This document shows, in pieces, positions 1-24,171 of a stretch of 64,000 bases of DNA. A model generated the notes under the pieces. It saw only the letters and a program-made list of their open reading frames with translations, was not told the origin of the DNA and made no database searches. The DNA is taken from contig OZ037767.1 in assembly GCA_964035545.1 (NCBI GenBank), positions 1,871,680-1,935,679 on the forward strand. The letters are read 5' to 3'. How positions within the stretch are numbered: the first letter of the stretch is position 1; the number at the start of each line of letters is the position of its first letter. The translations under genes were made by a program, and so were the position numbers. The stretch comes from Bugula neritina (lineage: Eukaryota > Animalia > Bryozoa).

Positions 1-3000
1 AAACTGTGCTAAGGATTTTTCTAGAATAGTAACCACACATCCTGGCTTAATCTTTGTAACAAAAGTTAAGGAAATTCGCTGCTCTAACTGTGACTATAAG
101 TAAAGCACTTAAATACACCAAAATGCTGTTACCTTTTTAATTTGTATTGATCCAGAATTTTTTAATCAGACAAAGATTTTCTTGTATGAAAACTTTGAGC
201 TTTTAAACCTGTCCGATTCTAGACATTCCTACCTTCTGAAAAGTGAGAGTAGCCATGAGCTCTACAATATACTAAACAATGGCTTTCACTGGTAATGTTG
301 TTGCAAGCTTTTTGAGATGCATGGGTTGATTTCTTTGTTTGACTAGAAGAAAAGCTTTTTTAAAAGCTCTTACGTGGCAAATAAATTATACTACAGCTTG
401 CTGCTTCGTTGCTGATCAACTAGCTAAAAGTAGCCTATATTCCAAGCTAAGCTGCTGAGTTGAAAGAAGGAATCACTTGTGGAAAAGTACAATCAGCCTT
501 TTTCTGCTATAGCATCACAACAACTATAGTTTTTTGAAGGCCTTTCTTGAAACAGCAGTGAATAAATTGGTTTTATTGCTGGTCCTTTCTTACGTGATAT
601 AACTAGCTACAGTGCAGCTGTTATAAACATTATATGCATTGACAAAAAAACAGTTTGACAGCCTAAAAGCTATTGGGTTTTGGCCAAAAATGGCTGCTTC
701 CCATTGAAAATGATCAGAGATTACTCTCCGATATCTTTTTGAACAATGCTTGCTGCAAATCAAAGGTTTTGCTGTTCATTAAATCAGAGGTTTTTGCATT
801 ATTGTTCATTGAATGAAAAGTTTGATAACAACTCCAAGTTATAACTTTGCGTTACCTGAAGGAAAGACACCAACATCAAAATACTGCGGCTGAGCTGCTT
901 ATAACTCAGCTACACATGAAATTTATATTAGATTGCACTAGCTATTAACTATTGAGAGTTGTATAAATTAAAATATTCTTGTTTAATATGCCTGTACCTT
1001 TTTATATGTCACCTGTATAGACAATAAGAATTTAAAAACAGTGCTTTTCTACTGTTAATCTTAGATATCTGGCTAACAAACTGCGTATATATTTCCTATA
1101 ATGCCCAATGTAATCAGTATTGCATGGGTGTTTTAACAAATTTGGGATCTGTGAGCTATAGAGCTATAGGCAAGTATTACACAAGGGAAGTACCACAGTA
1201 TATTAGTCTGCAACAGTGAGGAACCCTTATGGTTTATATACTAATCTCAATATAACTTGTATTTTGTATAATTATTTTCACCAGTGACGAGCAATATTTT
1301 GGCAAGGGAATGCTTAAAAACAGAACATCTGTTTCTGATTCTTGTATGTATATAATAGATGGTGAAATACTGATGTACTCCCATAAGAAAATTACATACC
1401 ATATCATTGCAAGATTTAATGGTTAGTAATAAGGCTAATTACCCCCCCCCTCTCTCTCTCTCTCTCTCCTCCAATTACTCTGGCTAACAAGCTAATTTGC
1501 AGATAGGATTGAATTGAAAACCTGGCTGTTTATATTTCTGGATTATCAATAAAAGTTGATCATCAGCTACCTGTTAGAACAATTAAGTCATAAAACAATG
1601 ATAGCCTTAACATAACACTTCTGGTGTTTTCACAAACTAGTAGCAAATATAACAGAAAGCAAAATATTGCTCTACGTGCATAAGCTATTCTTAAAGTATG
1701 TTTTTTTTTATATGCATTTTATAGCCAGCACAAAACAGGGCTATAATAAGTTGTAGTGATATACCATGTTTTTCAACCTCACATGCTTGGTGCATTGTTT
1801 GGATAATTTTCTAAGCCATGTTGGCTACAAATTTTGTCAAAATTGTGGATTACAAAACATCTTATAAATTTATTTTTGGAGCAAGAAGTTGTATTGAGAT
1901 GTTAAACATCAGTCAAGATTTTTGTTTAAATAAGACAACATGGCTTGTTATAAACTTGACCCATTCATCATTATGTTGCATTAGCATGCCATAGTCCTAA
2001 TTAGAATTGAAAGTAGTTTAAGTATTCCAACCATCGAAGAGCTGTTGAAAAGATAACTCCACAGATATACAATAGTTTTATATTTAAAATACATATTTTT
2101 GTGTTACGGGATGAAAGTTCCTTATTGTTTGCCAAATCTTCCTCCGAAAATTCTCTCACTATAGTATTAATTTCTTTTTCTATACTAACATAATTCTACT
2201 AAACGTTTTGAGATAACTTTTTGCAACATGAATAAAACAGCAATATTATCTCATACTTGTATAATAGCGTAGTATAATAGTTGAAATTATTTATATTGTA
2301 GGAGAAAAGCTCGCAGGTCCAAAAGGCAGCACAGCTATTTCTTCCAGAACCTACTAGTATGTGATATGGTGATTGCTGCTGCTGGTCTCGGAGTCTTTGC
2401 TCTGCGGCTTTACCAGTCCAACCACGTGGGGGAAACAGATGTTCTGCAAGGGCGAGAGAAAACCGAAATTAAACTCAATATCGGGTGTGCAGTGTTTATG
2501 TTTAACAGGTAATGCATCTTCAACAGGTATTACACGTTCAACAGGTAATACATGTCCAGCAGCTATAGTATTAATTAATATTATTTATTATTCAATTTGT
2601 ATATGTAGTTCTTTATATTATCACATAATAGGCTATATTATCATATAGCATGTCATATGTCATGTGGTATATTATATATTAATAGATGTGCTATATATAC
2701 ATATAGTATACCACATGGTAATATGGTGTACTATATATCACATAGAATTATGTATAGTACATCATATTACAATGTGGTATACTATATATAATTCTATGTG
2801 TTATACGCTATTACATATGTTATATCAGAGTCTGGATGAGTGGAACTTTTGCCAATTTGTTTGGACTGCTGCTGATGACTGGAGATCACTTCATAGCTGT
2901 AAGATTCTCTCTCAAACACCGCATTTGGATGAGAAAGAGAGTTATCTTCTCGTTAATATCTTTAGCCTGGGTTCTAGCTGTAATACTTGGCTTCCTAGAG

Positions 3001-3985
3001 CTTGCCATTATCCTAAGTAAAGACACAATGGTGAGAAACTATGTGCAGGAAAACTTCAGTCTTATTATTGAAGGTTTCTGTTTAATGGAAGTGGCTTACA
3101 GAAGTATGAAGCCAGATGGCGAGTATCAGGTGCCCGTTGGACAGGAAGTAGATTACCTCGTGCAAAGCTTGGCCTATATAATCATCATATCATGTGTGCT
3201 TGTGTTTATGCTGTGTGTATACACATACATAGCCTGTGTGGTGGTCAGAGTGAGTAGACAGAGAGGGGAGCGTCAGAGACAGTCCCTTGTGGAGGAGAAG
3301 GAAATCCATAAGCAGATGACTAAACGACAGACTAAAGGCATTTGCACCACTCTACTACTATTAGTCAGCTTCTGTTTACTCTGGGCACCGGTACAAGTAG
3401 TTAAACTCTTAGAGATCAACAAACGCAGTGCACTGACGTCTACAGATGTACAGCTGTTAAATTCAGTGCTGGCAGTAGTAGCTTCCTGCACAGGCTTATT
3501 GGATGTCATTGTATATTTGCTACGAACTGCTAAATTGAAGAAGCGTTTTCATAGAAAAGCTGACGGCAAAGGTTCCAAACAACTGATAAGTAAAGTAACA
3601 TTGACTACACACTTATAGTTGGATGACGATCATTCTTGATATTAGTCTGCGCTATTGAGTCAATGAAGAGAAGATAACTACTGCATTTTATAATTTACAG
3701 CTAAAAGAACTATTTTACTTTTAGCTGGTCACCAGTACACGCTAAAACCATTGTCATTGTGAGATAAAAAATTCCATGTTCTATAATTGAGAAAAAAACG
3801 TTATGTTACTAAATTTAGCTTTAGAAGTTCTTACTATTAAAAAATTGTAAATACATTTATCTAGTTCCTTACACAAATATATGTAGTAATTTTTTGCCAA
3901 AATATTTTATAATACAACAGTGCAGTCTTTGGTTGAGATTTCTAAGATTTATTAAATATAAATTGCCTAAATCTGGACATGGGAA
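1..3985 (+). repeat. Tandem segmental duplication, unit A (paralog of 7732-11487)
   Basis: Window start aaactgtgctaaggatttttctagaatag recurs at 7732. Colinearity runs through introns, exons and 3' flank to tctggacatgggaat (3985/11487). Confidence 0.95.
2302..3618 (+). CDS. Orphan rhodopsin-like (class A) GPCR, copy 1; exons 2302-2508 and 2829-3618; first coding exon lies upstream of the window
   Basis: GT-AG junctions keep phase 2. Spliced protein has TM2 NLLVCD, TM3 DHF (DRY variant), TM6 FCLLWAP (CWxP-like) and TM7 DVIVY (NPxxY variant). Highly similar to copy 2. Confidence 0.85.
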
Positions 3986-4024
3986 TGTCTGTCTGTCTGT
4001 CTGTCTGTCTGTGTGCCTGTCTGC

Positions 4025-4066
<42 letters not shown>
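3986..4066. repeat. (GTCT)n microsatellite at the duplication breakpoint
   Basis: Direct reading; it starts exactly where similarity to unit B ends. Confidence 0.9.
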
Positions 4067-6051
4067 AATATAGTATCTACTTATATGAAAGTAAACAGCA
4101 TCTAATAAATACATGGTATTTTTATTGAAACAGTGAATCGTAAAAAGCAGACTGCATGGTTGATGCTAACCTTATGAATGCTGCATTAGTGTAAATGTTG
4201 AATACAATTAGAATGGTGTTAAAGCAATTATTTATCTAATACATGAGTATAGGTACAGATGTTAGTTGAAAAGATTCACTGATGCTTTTACAACCACCAC
4301 ACTTACCAACACACCTCCACACATTAGCAATTTTATGACCCATGGCTAAGTGCAAGGGAATAAATTCACTATTCAACTCTGAGAGGTGTGTATAGTATAA
4401 AGTGTGTTGCTTAGATTATCCAATCATTTTAGTCAATCATTAGATTGTTGGAGTATTTCTGCAAGCTGAACTTTTTACAAAAAGGAACACCTTGAAAAGT
4501 ACGTTGTTAGCTCAGTTCTAAGGTAAGCTCACTATATGCTGCTGCTGCTGCCAATATACTGCTGCATGGTCAACGTAATCTGCATTTCATGACTCATATT
4601 TGGTCAGTAAATATTACAAAGTTTCAGTCAATACACTATTTCGTAAGAAGCAAAGGTACTTGAATGTAAACTGCTACTATTTGTTACACACTAATGTATG
4701 TTTGACCCAATTAATGCTCTAATAACTAATTTAATATATTATAGAAACCAAGTTGGGTCTAGCTTTACATACGAAGTCCAACTTGGTTTTCCAAGACTTG
4801 ATAATTAAAAGGAATAATATTATTTTCATGCTTATGGTGATTTGATGTGCTCTATACCACCTAAATTTGACTTAACGTAAAGCTAGGCTACCAGAAATAA
4901 GTAGGCCAGTATATGAGTAATTAGCCCACAGTCCTCACACTTATGTAGCCCAAAATCTGTTATTTGCTTAGCCCGTTATTGTCTACATGCATTGTACATG
5001 TAATTATGCTACATAATTTTTAATATAATTTTAATACTATTTTCAATAACACAATACCACTTTATATTTAGTATACGAATGTTTACCTTACTTTACAACT
5101 ATAGAGTTGGTGACATTTACATTCACTCAAAGTTATCAAATATGTTTTAACCATAATTTAAGATAAAACCACCTTATATGTTCTCTCCATTGTTCCTTAA
5201 CCTTTAATATTGTAGGTGTATGTACTGTACGAATGTATTCTATCTTGATAGAAAGACATAAATTAGTGTATAGTATGATATAGAGTTAGTAATTTTACCT
5301 GCATAGACTTTAGCCAGAGTGAAGACTAAAGGTGAATCTGATTGGCTGGTTAAGACAGCTTATCTGTAGCTCATGTGGAATAAGCATTTTCTAGTCATAA
5401 GAGAGAGCCATTTTGCCTTCGACCGCAACAAAAAGGTATATATTAGTATTACTCTATACCTACAAAGTAGATATATAGAATTAAAATAGCTATTATACCT
5501 AATAAAACTCTGTATTATACAGTTGAAGTACAGTATGTACTAAACTTCTAAAGTAATATTTCACCGATGAAGCAGTAGTATTCTGTAATTGAACAGTTTA
5601 AACATAAGTTAATATTGATGCAGGTAACATGCATAGGCTTATTTTATTGATGCAGGTAAAATACAGAACGTTATTTTATTTGTTGTATCATAATAATTAA
5701 GCTAACTAATTCGATGTTGTAATAACAACAACAGAATCTACAAACTTCTAAAAAGTAAACTTTACTTTTACATTTAATATTTTGGTACACTTAAGTACAT
5801 CCAGCTAACCATTCTGAACTGTGGAAGAATTGTAGCCAATTATTATACTTTAACTTATGCTCGATATTCGTAATAATGTTGGTATGTAAATATATACATG
5901 CATTTATACAATGCTATATAATTACACCTTAAATATATACACACTTCATATCATAACTAACTGCAAGGAAATCCAATCTTATAGAGCACATTATTAGATT
6001 ATGGACAAGACAGCAATTGCCTAACAAACAGTTATATGCAAATTGCAGAAT

Positions 6052-6811
6052 CACCGGCTTTCCATGGATCGATCTCAGATCGATCTCGGCGAGATCGATC
6101 CATGGAAAGACGTCAAAGATCGATCTCAGTCGTTCTGAGCTGGTTGGTCTGTAGAGCTCGAACTCAGATCGATCTCAAGGCAATGAGACCATGGAAAGAC
6201 GAAAGATCAATCCGATAAGTAGAAAAATGACTGCTCGCTAAAATGTTGTCTGCTAATAAAAAAGATAAATTATTGTTAATTACTAAGCAAAGTACTTAAT
6301 AATTATGATAGTTACCATTTCAGGTGGCAAAACTTTGACTTTCATCAAAATGATTAAGAAAACTCAATTATGTAAAATTATAGACGGTAGAAGATAGAAA
6401 AAGTAGGAGCATTTAAATTGAATTTAAATTACTAGTAAAACTCACTTTCATTAGTTGTTTGCTGCGTAATTTTAAGCCTAATAGTCCCGTAAGTTTACGA
6501 ATAATCTGCGCAACAGCTATTAATTTTATATAAGCTGTCAAGCTAAAATATTAAAACTAATTATCTTAAATTAACCAAATTACTTCATACTAAAAGCTTT
6601 ACTGCGCAGAGTTTATAGCTGGCGTTAAATTTTAGACTATGGAAATTTTTTTTAACAGCTGTAGCTTTTATCACTCAGATGGGTGAGAAAATTATACTAT
6701 TAAAGTACTCTTCACTTAAGAGGAGGCAACTCCATAAGATCGATCTGACACTCTCATGGAAAAACGATCGATCTGAGCACATTTCTCAGATCGATCTATG
6801 GAAAGCCTGTG
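6052..6811 (+). mobile_element. Non-autonomous DNA transposon with CAC...GTG termini and 3-bp TSD (CMC/Chapaev3-like)
   Basis: TIR CAC(C/A)GGCTTTCCAT, TSD AAT on both sides, many subterminal AGATCGATCT palindromes, inverted sibling at 24172-24959. Confidence 0.85.
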
Positions 6812-6988
6812 AATATCTATTCACGTCATACATGCAAAAAAGTATTCATTTACAATCTAGAATATTACGACTTTACAGGTTTAGACTACCATGTGAGAAT
6901 ACTATACATTTATCCTACGAAGCAGTAGAAGACTTTACAGGAAATACATAGCGTTGAGCTGGTAGAGCTTCCATGATTTTGTGGCCAT

Positions 6989-9900
6989 ATGACAAAAATG
7001 GCAAACATAAGCAACAATGTGACTGATTTAGAGATCAAAGCAAACAGCAGTACTGCAGAAATCAATGATCTCTTACTAGAATCCACAACAGGACCTCTCT
7101 CGCTACCCATGAAGGTACACTGGGATGTGAATGTTGGTTTAGTTATATGCTTTTTCATCCTCATATTGGACACTTTTACTCTCATTTATATTACAAGGTA
7201 AGCTAATATAAAGTAGTAAATTTTGTTTTAATAGCCAATATCAGTTAATCACTAAACACTTTCTGTGTAAATGCAAATAGAGCAGGTGCATTATAGCATC
7301 ATAGAAGAGAGATTTCAAAATTTTATAGAATTTTTGAAGATGTCTTCGCATCACGTGGCGCCATTTTCTCTCCACCAGATTTCTGGATTTACCTTGCAGA
7401 TGCCAGCTTCTCAAACTGCAGTAGTTAACAAAACCTTCTGTGAATAAGTTGTACTAGATTTCTCTTTAAAAGCAAGAAGCTAAATATTAGGGTGGCATCT
7501 TTTTCTCATTCTAAACTGTTGAAAATCTGCTTTTACTTGAAGCATGTTTACACAAATAAAGATATAATAGTGTATAATCTATAAATTCTCAAGGGCTCCA
7601 TGCTTATGCCTCTAATTATCATAACTTATAATTAGAGTACATCATGGCTGGACTCCTGTTGAGACATGCCATTTTGTTGTAGCTAAATTCATTAAAATGT
7701 GCATGCTAGACAGTTCCTTGTAAACATGGGAAAACTGTGCTAAGGATTTTTCTAGAATAGTAACCACACATCCTGGCTTCTTTGTAACAAAAGTTAAGGA
7801 AATTCGCTGCTTTAGCTATGACCAAGTAAAGCACTTAAACACACTGAAATGCTGTTACCTTTTTAATTTGTATTAATCCAGAATTTTTAAACCAGACAAG
7901 GATTTTCTTGTATAAAAACTCTGAGTTTTAACCTGTCTGATTCTAGACATTCCTACCTCCTGAAAAGTGAGAGTAGCCATGAGCTCTACGATATACTAAA
8001 CAATGGCTTTCACTGGTAATGTTGTTGCAAGCTTTTTGAGATGCATGGGTTGATTTCTTTGTTTGACTAGAAGAAAAACTTTTTTATCAGCTCTCACGTA
8101 GCAAATGAATTACACTACAGCTGGCTGCTTCTTGCTGATCAACTAGCCAAGAGTATTCCAAGCTAAGCTGCTGAGTTTAAAGAATTTAAAAATAGTGCTT
8201 TTCTACTGTTAATCTTAGATATCTGGCTAACAAACTGCGTATATATTTCCTATAATGCCCAATGTAATCCGGAATTGCATGGGTGTTTTAACCAAATTTT
8301 TTATCTGTGAGCTATAGAAGTTATGAAAAAGGGGCACATATTAAGGAGGGAAGTACCACAGTATATTAGTCTGCAACAGTGAGGAACCCTTATGGTTTAT
8401 ACTAATCTCAATAGCTTGTACTATTTGTACTTTTGTATAATTATTTTCACCAGTAACGGAGCAATATTTTGGCAAGGGAATGCTTGAAAACAGAACATCT
8501 GTTTCTGATTCTTGTATGTATATAATAGATGGTGAAATACTGATGTACTCCCATAAGAAAATTACATACCATATCATTGCAAGACTTAATGGTTAATAAT
8601 AAGGCTAATTACCCCCCCCCTCTCTCCTCCAATTACTCAGGCTAACAAGCTAATTTGCAAATAGGATTGAATTGAAAACCTGGCTGTTTATATTTCTGGA
8701 TTATCAATAAAAGTTAATCATCAGATATAAACATATCAGCTGCCTGTTAGAACAATTAAGCCATAAAACAATGATGGCCTTAATATAACACTTCTGGTGT
8801 TTTCACAAACTAGTAGCAAATATAACAGAAAGTAATTATTGCTCTACATAAGGTATTCTTAAAATATGGTTCTTTATATGCATTTTATAGCCAGCACAAA
8901 ACAGGGTTATACTTTGTAGTGATATGCCATGTTTTTTCAGCTCACATGCTTGGTGCTTCGATCATTTTCTAAGCCATGTTGGGATACAAATTTTGTCAAA
9001 GTTGTTGATTACAAAACATTTTGGAAATTTTTTTTTGGAGCAAGAAGTTGTATTGAGATGTTAAACATCAGTCAAGATTTTTGTTTAAATAAGACAACAT
9101 GGCTTGTTATAAACTTGACCCATTCATCATTATGTTGCATTAGCATGCCATAGTCCTAATTAAAATTGAAAGTAGTTCAAGTATTCCAATTATTTAAAAG
9201 CTGTTGAAAAGATAACTCCACAGATATACAATAGTTTTATATTTAAAATACATTTTGTGTTACGGGATGAAAGTTCCTTATTGTTTGCCAAATCTTCCTC
9301 CGAAAATTCTCTCACTATAGTATTAATTTCTTTTTCTATACTAACATAATTCCACTAAATGTTTCGAGATAATTTTTAGCAACATAAAGAAAACAGCAAT
9401 ATTATCTCATACTTGTATAATGGTTGAAATTATTTTGATCGTATAGGAGAAAAGCTCGCAAGTCCAAAAGGCAGCATAGCTATTTCTTCCAGAACCTACT
9501 AGTATGTGATATGGTGATTGCTGCTGCTGGTCTCGGAGTCTTTGCTCTGCGGCTTTACCAGTCCAACCATGTGGGGGAAACAGATGTTCTGCAAGGGCCA
9601 GAGAAAACCAGAATTAAACTCAATATTGGGTGTGCAGCGTTTATGTTTAACAGGTAATGCATCTTCAATAGTTGATATATGTTCAACTGGTAATATATCA
9701 TGTCCAGCAGCTATAATATTAATTAATATTATTTATTATTCAATTTGTATATGTAGTTCTATATATCATCACATAATATGCTATATTATCATATAGCATG
9801 TCATATGTCATGTGGTATATTATATATTAATAGATGTGCTATATATACATATAGTATACCACATGGTAATATGGTATACTATATATTACATAGAATTATG

Positions 9901-10866
9901 TATAGTACATCATAATTATTACAATATGGTATACTATATATCACATATAAATATGTATAGTACATCATATTACAATGTGGTATACTATATATAATTCTAT
10001 GTGTTATACGCTATTACATATGTTATATCAGAGTCTGGATGAGTGGAACTTTTGCCAATTTGTTTGGACTGCTGCTGATGACTGGAGATCACTTCATAGC
10101 TGTAAGATTCTCTCTCAAACACCGAATCTGGATGAGAAAAAGAGTTATCTTCTCTTTAATATCTTTAGCCTGGGTTCTAGCTGTAATACTTGGCTTCCTA
10201 GAGCTTGCCATTATCCTAAGTAAAGACACAATGGTGAGAAACTACGTGCAGGAAAACCTCGGTATTATTATTGAAGGTTTCTGTTTAATGGAAGTGGCTT
10301 ACAGAAAAGGGAAGCCAGATGGCGAGTATCTGGTGCCCGTTGGACAGGATGTAGATTACCTCGTGCAAAGCTCAACCTATATAATCATCATATCATGTGT
10401 GCTAGTGTCTATGCTGTGTGTATACACATACATAGCCTGTGTGGTGGTCAGAGTGAGTAGACAGAGAGGGGAGCGTCAGAGACAGTCCCTTGTAGGGGAA
10501 AAGAAAATCCATAAGCAGATGACTAAACGACAGACTAAAGGCATTTGCACCACTCTACTACTATTAGTCAGCTTCTGTTTACTCTGGGCACCAGTACAAG
10601 TAGTTAAACTCTTAGAGATAAACAAAAGCAGTGCACTGACGTCTACAGATGTACAGCTGTTAAATTCAGTGCTGGCAGTAGTAGCTTCCTGCACAGGCTT
10701 AGTGGATGTCATTGTTTATTTGCTGCGGACTGCTAAATTGAAGAAGTGTTTTCGTAGAAAAGCTGACGGCAAAGGTTCCAAACCACTGATAAGTAAAGCA
10801 ACATTGACTACACACTTACCCCTCATTCACACTCACCGTAACGTACGTCGTAACGTAGAATATTAG
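6989..10866 (+). CDS. Orphan class A GPCR, copy 2 (complete); exons 6989-7197, 9447-9653, 10032-10866
   Basis: Exon 1 has N-glycosylation sequons (NIS, NVT, NSS) and TM1. Phase-2 GT-AG junctions give a continuous 7TM ORF. The C-terminus is extended by a MITE insertion. Confidence 0.85.
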
Positions 10867-11487
10867 CCATTTTTGATGTGTCCGGGCTGAAGTTTTTAAA
10901 GTCCGCTATTAGGTACGATCTATGACACTTCATAGGACAATTGTATCCAATGAGTTAGCGCAAAAGTTTTTCTATCCAATAGGAGTCCGCCGCAACTAAT
11001 TTGAATCAAGCAGTGCTTGATCCTACCGTATTGCAACGCCGTACAGGAAGCTCAGACATTTGTAAAAATGGCTGATATTTGCTGTTACTGCGTACGATAC
11101 GGTAAGTGTGAATAGGGGGTTATAGTTGGGTGACGATCATTCTTGATATTAGTCTGTATTATCAAGTCAATGAAGAGAAGATAACTACTGCGTTTTACAA
11201 TTTACAGCTAAAAGAACTATTTTACTTTCAGCTGGTCACCAGTACACGCTAAAACCATTGTCGTTGTGAGATGAAAAATTCCATGTTCTATTGATAAAAC
11301 GATATGTTACTAAATTTAGCTTTGGAAGTTCTTACTATTAAAAAATTGTAAATATATTTATCTAGTTCCTTACACAAATATATGTAGTAATTTTTTGCCA
11401 AAATATTTTACAATACAACGGTGCAGTCTTTGGTTGAGATTTCTAAGATTTATTAAATATAAATTGCCTAAATCTGGACATGGGAAT
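7732..11487 (+). repeat. Tandem segmental duplication, unit B
   Basis: Colinear with 1-3985 apart from a ~570 bp indel and the 301 bp MITE. Confidence 0.95.
10819..11119. mobile_element. 301 bp MITE with TTA TSD (PIF/Harbinger-type TSD) inserted at the GPCR copy-2 stop codon
   Basis: TIRs cccctcattcacactcaccgtaacgtacg / cgtacgatacggtaagtgtgaataggggg. TTA at 10816-10818 and 11120-11122. The empty site cacTTAtag is visible in copy 1. Confidence 0.9.
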
Positions 11488-12024
11488 AGCATGGCAAGCA
11501 GAAGATTGAACTATTCCAGAAGACCGGTAAAGTGAAAACATTCAGATTGGAGTGACATACAAATATACGGAGCAGATATATTATAGAGTAGAAACATCTA
11601 CTACAGGGTATACAGAGTCAGCATGGTAAGAGTAGCTAGATGGAATACCATAGAACTGATACGATATACTGAGTATGTTATCGATAAGAAAGTCTGTCTG
11701 TGAAAAGTTACCATTATAATACTACTCTGAATTTTCAAATGATATAAATATGTTGGCTTTAGGTAGTAGGCTGATTCAACAGCCTTTTATAGAAAAGATT
11801 AACTACAAACGATATGCTTTTACTAAATTGTTGTACAAAATAGATTAGAATAAATTAAGAAATTCCATTTTATATTCAATATGGTGAAAATAGTTTAGAC
11901 TTTAGAGAGAGCGGCTATAGCAATCAATGTCATTGAGAATGGCAATAAATATAACCAGCTCTGATAGTCCAAAATGGCTGACACACAGAATCAAAGATGG
12001 CCGACACTCCAATATGGCCGACAA

Positions 12025-23727
<11,703 letters not shown>

Positions 23728-24171
23728 ATTATCAGAGTGGTTTCTATAAGCAGACGACAATATAAGCAGATAACAACATAAGCAGATGACAATATAAGCA
23801 GATGACAATATAAGCAGATGACAATATAATCTTACAACAATACAAGCAGATGATAATACAGATAAGAGATTGAGTTAACCTTAGACAAAATAGTTATTTG
23901 ATAAAGTTATCACAGTTGAAATATTGATAATAAATGTCCATAAATAATAACAGATAACAAAACCAGGGGGTCATCTAAGTTTGTATAGTAAAAAATACTT
24001 ACAACTAACTAAAGAATTATGATTCAAATATTCTCAACTTAAAACACATTGTATTGTTTCAATATTTTACAGCAATACATTTTTATTGGATTAGCTAATT
24101 TTTAAATGACTGAGAAAAAGCTGACAAAGAGTGGAAAACACCTCTTTGACCTGTGATATGAAAACCTCAAT

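Noticed and set aside
2373-3020. ORFs 2373-2648 and 2664-3020, and paralogs 9518-10223
   Set aside because: Wrong-frame overlaps of GPCR exons running into the intron; conserved only because of the duplication.
6036-6218. Small ORF shared with 24793-25002
   Set aside because: Translation of MITE subterminal repeats; the start codons lie outside the element.
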